DNA from: the human T2T-CHM13v2.0 reference genome, Homo sapiens
DNA: 64,000 bases
NCBI RefSeq assembly: GCF_009914755.1
Contig: NC_060936.1
Strand: one strand, 5' to 3'
The position numbers were made by a program, and so were the translations under genes. Numbering within the stretch: position 1 is the first letter of the stretch; each line of letters begins with the position of its first letter. The notes below the pieces were generated by a model. That model was not told the origin of the DNA. It ran no database searches and saw only the letters and a list, made by a program, of their open reading frames with translations. Positions 58,792 through 64,000 of this stretch are shown in pieces.

Positions 58792-59563
58792 TGAGTAGCT
58801 GAGATTACAGGCACACACCACCATGCCTGGCTAATTTTTGTATTTTTAGTAGAGATGGGGGTTTCTCCATGTTGGCCAGCCTGGTCTTGAACTCCCGACC
58901 TCAAGTGATCCGCCCACCTCAGCCTCCCAAAGTGCTGAGATTACAGGTGTGAGCCACCGCACCTGGCCACCTTAATTTTTTTTAATGGGGAAAAATATGT
59001 TTGTAAAAAAAGTCTTGATGCACATTTTACAAGAAGAAAGAGACGCTGTGAGAGCCAAATAGTGAGCTGAGTGATGCTGGTGTTGATTCCCTCCAGAGAC
59101 AGTGGTGTCTAGAAGTTGGCTCTTCCTTTAGTCAGTTGTGGCATTGCTGTTATCAATTTTGTAGCAAGGGTGGTCTAGGATGCAGGACTTCTTATAGCCC
59201 ACTGGCAACGGCAGAGGTGATCTGGGGTGTTACTGATTAAATGTAGTCTTTTAGGAAAGCAGAGATCAAGAGCAGGGAGCAGGCAGACCTAAGTTGGACT
59301 CTGGCCCCCAGCCCCCTAACTTCCAGCTCGTCCAAGTCACCTCCTTCTCTAAGACTCAGTTTTCTTGCGTGCAAAGTGCAGGTGAAAGCAGTTGTATTGC
59401 TTTGGGGATTCAGTGAGCTATAGTGGCTCTTAGCACAGTGTTTGGTACTTAGCAAGTGCTCAGCAAATGGCAATAGCTGCTGAAGTGACAGTGTCATCAC
59501 ATGTTAACATCCCTATGATGGGTCGTGTGGGAGTAATCACTGTTTTTCTTTGATTCTGCTTAG

Positions 59564-59964
59564 GGCAAGCAAGCTCCACATATGCGGAACAAACTGGAAA
59601 GCTGACCGAATTTGTGTCTAACCTGGCGTGGGATTTCGCAGTCAAAGAAGGGTTCCGGGTTTTCAAAGAGATGCCCTTCACAAATCCGTTAACAAGGTCC
59701 TACCACACGTGGGCCAGGCCCCAGTCCCAGTGGTGCCCCACAGGCAGCAGGAGTTATAGCTCCGTTCCAGAAGCTTCCCCAGCTCATACCTCAAGGGGAG
59801 GTCTGGTTATCTCTCCAGAGAGCCTCTCTCCACCTGTCAGAGAGCTGTATCACCGGCTGAAGCACTTCATGGAGCAACGTGTGTACCCTGCAGAGCCAGA
59901 GCTGCAGAGTCACCAGGCCTCAGCAGCCAGGTGGAGCCCCTCCCCACTGATCGAAGACCTCAAG
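59564..59964 (+). CDS. ACAD10: ACAD10 exon 13 (401 nt): kinase C-terminus, linker, start of ACAD domain
   Basis: tag|GGCAA...AAG|gtaaag; [24 protein letters not shown]...[13 protein letters not shown]...LIEDLK (c.2115). Confidence 0.96.
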
Positions 59965-61064
59965 GTAAAGCAGCCATGGTGAGGTGGTAAGACCCCAATA
60001 CCATGGCATACCCTCCCCGACCCCACCGGGCTCACCTGAACCATCCCAGGCAGTGAAGATACAGGAGCTCCGAGTTGAATGATCTTTGCTTCCATCGTCT
60101 CAGAAAGAGCCAGCTCTTCATGACTCAGTTTCCATCTCTTGCTCTTGCTGTGCCTGTGTCACAGGCAGATGGCTCAGGTGTGACTGCACAGCCCAGGCAG
60201 TGGAATGCTTGGCCTTAGAAAGCCAGGGCAGGTTAGGCCTATCTGATGGGTATTTGAATTATGTAAATTTGAAACAGTGCTGTATCAGCTAATAAATCTC
60301 TCTCTAGAGAACCCGTAATATCACAGCTAGAGGGCCAGATCCACTGTGAGCTGAGTTTCTGTGTTGTCTCCCAGTGCTGTCACTTCAGCTGATAAACAGA
60401 AACACCCGCTGTTCCTTATCACGTGAACCTTGGATTGTGTTAGTTTTGAAATTACTTGAGATCTTCAGGAGCATAATGCAATCATCATCTACTTTTCTTT
60501 TTTTCTCTTTTTTTTTGAGACGGAGTCTTGCTCTGTGCAACTTCCGCCTCCCAGGTTCAAGCGATTCTCCTGCCTCAGCCTCCCGAGTAACTGGGATTAT
60601 AGGCACGTGCCACCATGCCCAGCTAATTTTTGTATTTTTAATGGAGATGGAGTTTCACCATGTTGTTCAGGCTGGTCTTGAACTCCTGACTTTGTGATCC
60701 GCCCGCCTCGGCCTCCCAAAGTGCTGGGATTACAGGCGTGAGCCACCATCTCTCTCTTTTTTTTTTTTTTTTTTTTTTTTGAGACAGGGTCTCGCTTTGT
60801 CACCCAGGGTGGAATGCAGTGGTGTGGTCATAGCTCACTGCAGTCTCAACCTCCTGGGCTCATGTGATCCTCCCACTTCAGCCTCCTGTGTAGCTGGGAC
60901 CACAGGCACAGCCACCATGCCCAGCTCCTCATATCATTTTTTTGGGCACACGTGCATGTTTGGTTGTCTGCCTTGTTTCCTCCAATCCCTTTCATTGTTT
61001 TCCACGGTTCAAAATAAAATGAAATCTTCCACTGTGGTTTCCTGACTTATTTTCCCCATGATAG

Positions 61065-61205
61065 GAGAAAGCCAAAGCTGAAGGACTTTGGAACCTTTTC
61101 CTACCCTTAGAGGCTGATCCCGAGAAAAAATACGGAGCAGGACTGACCAATGTGGAATATGCACATCTGTGTGAGCTCATGGGCACGTCCCTGTATGCCC
61201 CCGAG
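61065..61205 (+). CDS. ACAD10: ACAD10 exon 14 (141 nt)
   Basis: atag|GAGAAA...GAG|gtacct; [14 protein letters not shown]...[15 protein letters not shown]...APE (c.2256). Confidence 0.95.
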
Positions 61206-61279
61206 GTACCTTCTTTAAAGTTTTCCTCAGTGTGTGGGAACATCCTGATCTTCATAAGAACTCAATCCTAAACAGATAA

Positions 61280-61612
<333 letters not shown>

Positions 61613-61969
61613 TGAAGCTTGAAATATTAATGTGAGAAGGCCAGGCATGGTGGCTCACACCTGTAATCCCGGTACTTTTGGAGGCCGAAGTGTGGGGGAT
61701 CACTTGAGGCCAGGAGTTCGACACCAGCGTGTGCAACATAGAACTCTGTATGTACAAAAAAATAAAAAATTAATCGGGTGTGATGGTGCATACCTGTAGT
61801 CTCAGCTGCTTGGGAAGCTGAGGCATGGGAGGATGGCTTGAGCTGAGGAAGTCGAGGCTGCAGTGAGCCATGATCGTGCCACGATACTCCAGCCTGGGTG
61901 ACAGAGCTTGACTCTGTTTTTTTTAGAAGAGGACATGACAGTCATGGTCACGCTCCTTTTCCTTCTCAG

Positions 61970-62107
61970 GTATGTAACTGCTCTGCGCCTGACACGGGCA
62001 ACATGGAGCTGCTGGTGAGGTATGGCACCGAAGCGCAGAAGGCTCGCTGGCTGATTCCTCTGCTGGAGGGGAAAGCCCGCTCCTGTTTTGCTATGACCGA
62101 GCCCCAG
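61970..62107 (+). CDS. ACAD10: ACAD10 exon 15 (138 nt), ACAD FAD-binding AMTEP
   Basis: tcag|GTATGT...CAG|gtacgt; [46 protein letters not shown] (c.2394). Confidence 0.95.
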
Positions 62108-62215
62108 GTACGTCGCCTGGGCTGCCACCCACTTGCCTGGCCCTGTTGTTGTCGGCCCCACAGGGAACACGGGCTGTCTGCTGGCGTCTCTGACTGGAAT
62201 ATGCTCCCCACTCAG

Positions 62216-62306
62216 GTTGCCTCTTCAGATGCCACCAACATTGAGGCTTCCATCAGAGAGGAGGACAGCTTCTATGTCATAAACGGTCACAAATGGTGGA
62301 TCACAG
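62216..62306 (+). CDS. ACAD10: ACAD10 exon 16 (91 nt)
   Basis: tcag|GTTGCC...CAG|gtattt; [30 protein letters not shown] (ACAD NGxKxWIT motif) (c.2485). Confidence 0.96.
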
Positions 62307-63237
62307 GTATTTGGCCTAAAATGCACTTTCCAAATGCACATCAGGGAGTCTGTGCTGTTAGGCGCGTCTCTCAATGCCTGGGAGGAGCCTCTGCTTTTTC
62401 AAGTTGACACAAAGGAGATTCTGTCACTTAGCGCCCCCAGCAGAGGCAGCTGGGAGAATAGGAGGGTAATCCGTGGAGCACACTGTTCTCAGAGGTGGCA
62501 CTTCACAGGGCAGGGACGTCCCCCGGTGCCCACACATGGACGGATGCCTCCCTGCACATGTGACCCCAGGAATCTCTCCACTTCCTGCTGTTCATTCTGC
62601 TTTGGGCAGCTCCCCTTCCTTGGTGGCTTCCTGGCTCCTCGATCAGGTGTGTTACATCCTAAGGGCTAATGACAATCCTGACTTTTAGGGATTGTCCAGT
62701 GTTACTTTTGCAGGGCCCCTACAAGTAGCCGTGGAGCTTACCTCCCGGAGCCCATACCTCCCTGGACATTAAGAATGAGCATCCCCATTTTGCAAAGGAG
62801 GAAACCGCACTCAGACTTAGGTCCCTTGCCTGGGGTATGAGCCCCCAGCCAGCAAGTAGAGAACCCAGAGTCAAAGGTTCACCTGATTCCAAGGCCCGGG
62901 CCCAGAGCCGTTATGTGTGCACCACCTGTGGGAGCCGAGCCAGCTGGCAGGGATCAAGTAGCGGTTTTCATCCTCTTGTCTCTAAATTATATTTTCTACT
63001 CTATGTGATGCTTTTAAAAACTTGCTCTTATGATGTTGGATTCATTCCTCACTGGGACAAAACCCAATTTGCTCTTATTTCTGGTCAGCAGTCTGCAGAT
63101 GCTCATCTGATTACATGGAGCCTTAAAGAGCTCTGTCTGCTTCCTTACTGTGCCTTTCTTGGGCCAGGACCACGTGTGTAGAGATTTGATGGCCCTGGTG
63201 TCAGATGATGGGGTCTGTCTCTCTCCTTTCCTGGCAG

Positions 63238-63396
63238 GCATCCTGGATCCTCGTTGCCAACTCTGTGTGTTTATGGGAAAAACAGACCCACATGCACCAA
63301 GACACCGGCAGCAGTCTGTGCTCTTGGTTCCCATGGATACCCCAGGGATAAAAATCATCCGGCCTCTGACGGTGTATGGACTGGAAGATGCACCAG
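63238..63396 (+). CDS. ACAD10: ACAD10 exon 17 (159 nt)
   Basis: gcag|GCATC...CAG|gtgaga; [52 protein letters not shown] (c.2644). Confidence 0.95.
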
Positions 63397-63931
63397 GTGA
63401 GACCTCCAGGGGCGGGTCACCCCTGGGTGTGGGTCTGGTCCCCAGGAAACACCACTGAGGGGCCCCTGCTCTTGTTCAGGACTTGCCACATCCCACGTCT
63501 GAGGGTATGATGACATTTGGAGTCACATGCTCCTGCATTTCATTTCCATACATGAATATCAACCATGCAGGCGGATTTCAGACAGGCATTTATGGATTTT
63601 TTTCCCTCTTCTAAACTTAGAAAGTAATCAGGAGTCTGTGACACAGGAAGCCATACAGGGCAGACGCAGGAAGTGGACCCCAAACCTACTCTTCCAGGCC
63701 CCAGTGTGAACAGCTGACCTCTAGGCCACAGCCCTGGTTTGGTCCGCTCCCAGTTTGGTTCTCTGCTAATAGTGTTCACATTTTTACTTTCAGTGTTTTC
63801 ATAGGATCACTACATTGTCACAAACCACTAGGAGCTTCAGCTTAAGGTGGCATTATTATGTTTTTATAAAAGGAATCACAGAATAGTCATTTGCCATTAT
63901 AAATCAGTGATTCATTTTCTGTGTTTAACAG

Positions 63932-63960
63932 GCTGTTTCCTGCCGTCCTTTTCCCTTTAA
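63932..63960 (+). CDS. ACAD10: Candidate alternative terminal exon of ACAD10 (…G-CFLPSFSL-stop)
   Basis: Acceptor ttcattttctgtgtttaacag|63932; phase-1 join to exon 17 gives GCFLPSFSL*; AATAAA at 63983-63988. Confidence 0.55.
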
Positions 63961-64000
63961 CCATGTCCCAGTAAGAAGGCTAAATAAAGGGCAGGGACAT

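Overview
Human (primate) genomic DNA, recognisable as the 12q24 BRAP/ACAD10 head-to-head locus. It holds BRAP exon 1 (minus strand), a CpG-island bidirectional promoter, and ACAD10 exons 1-17 (plus strand). All ACAD10 coding exons 2-17 were hand-joined at GT-AG sites into one open frame of 2644 nt (881 codons + 1 nt). The frame encodes a presequence, a HAD phosphatase, an APH/choline-kinase-like domain and most of an acyl-CoA dehydrogenase domain; the gene continues past the window. Introns carry roughly 90 Alus (counted by eye), a full-length antisense SVA, a sense ERV1 LTR10-type solo LTR, DNA-transposon fossils, L1/MIR fragments and a tailless 5S rRNA retrocopy. The most interesting pattern is a set of independent features that could each uncouple the three ACAD10 enzyme modules: a candidate LTR promoter and donor just upstream of the kinase exon (ACAD11-like product), an internal presequence-like linker with two R-S-Y motifs, an in-frame Alu exon, an in-frame stop-free 108-nt intron in the FAD-binding motif, a recursive-type splice site, and intronic or alternative terminal poly(A) sites. 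Repeat family names come from recalled consensus sequences, not from searches.
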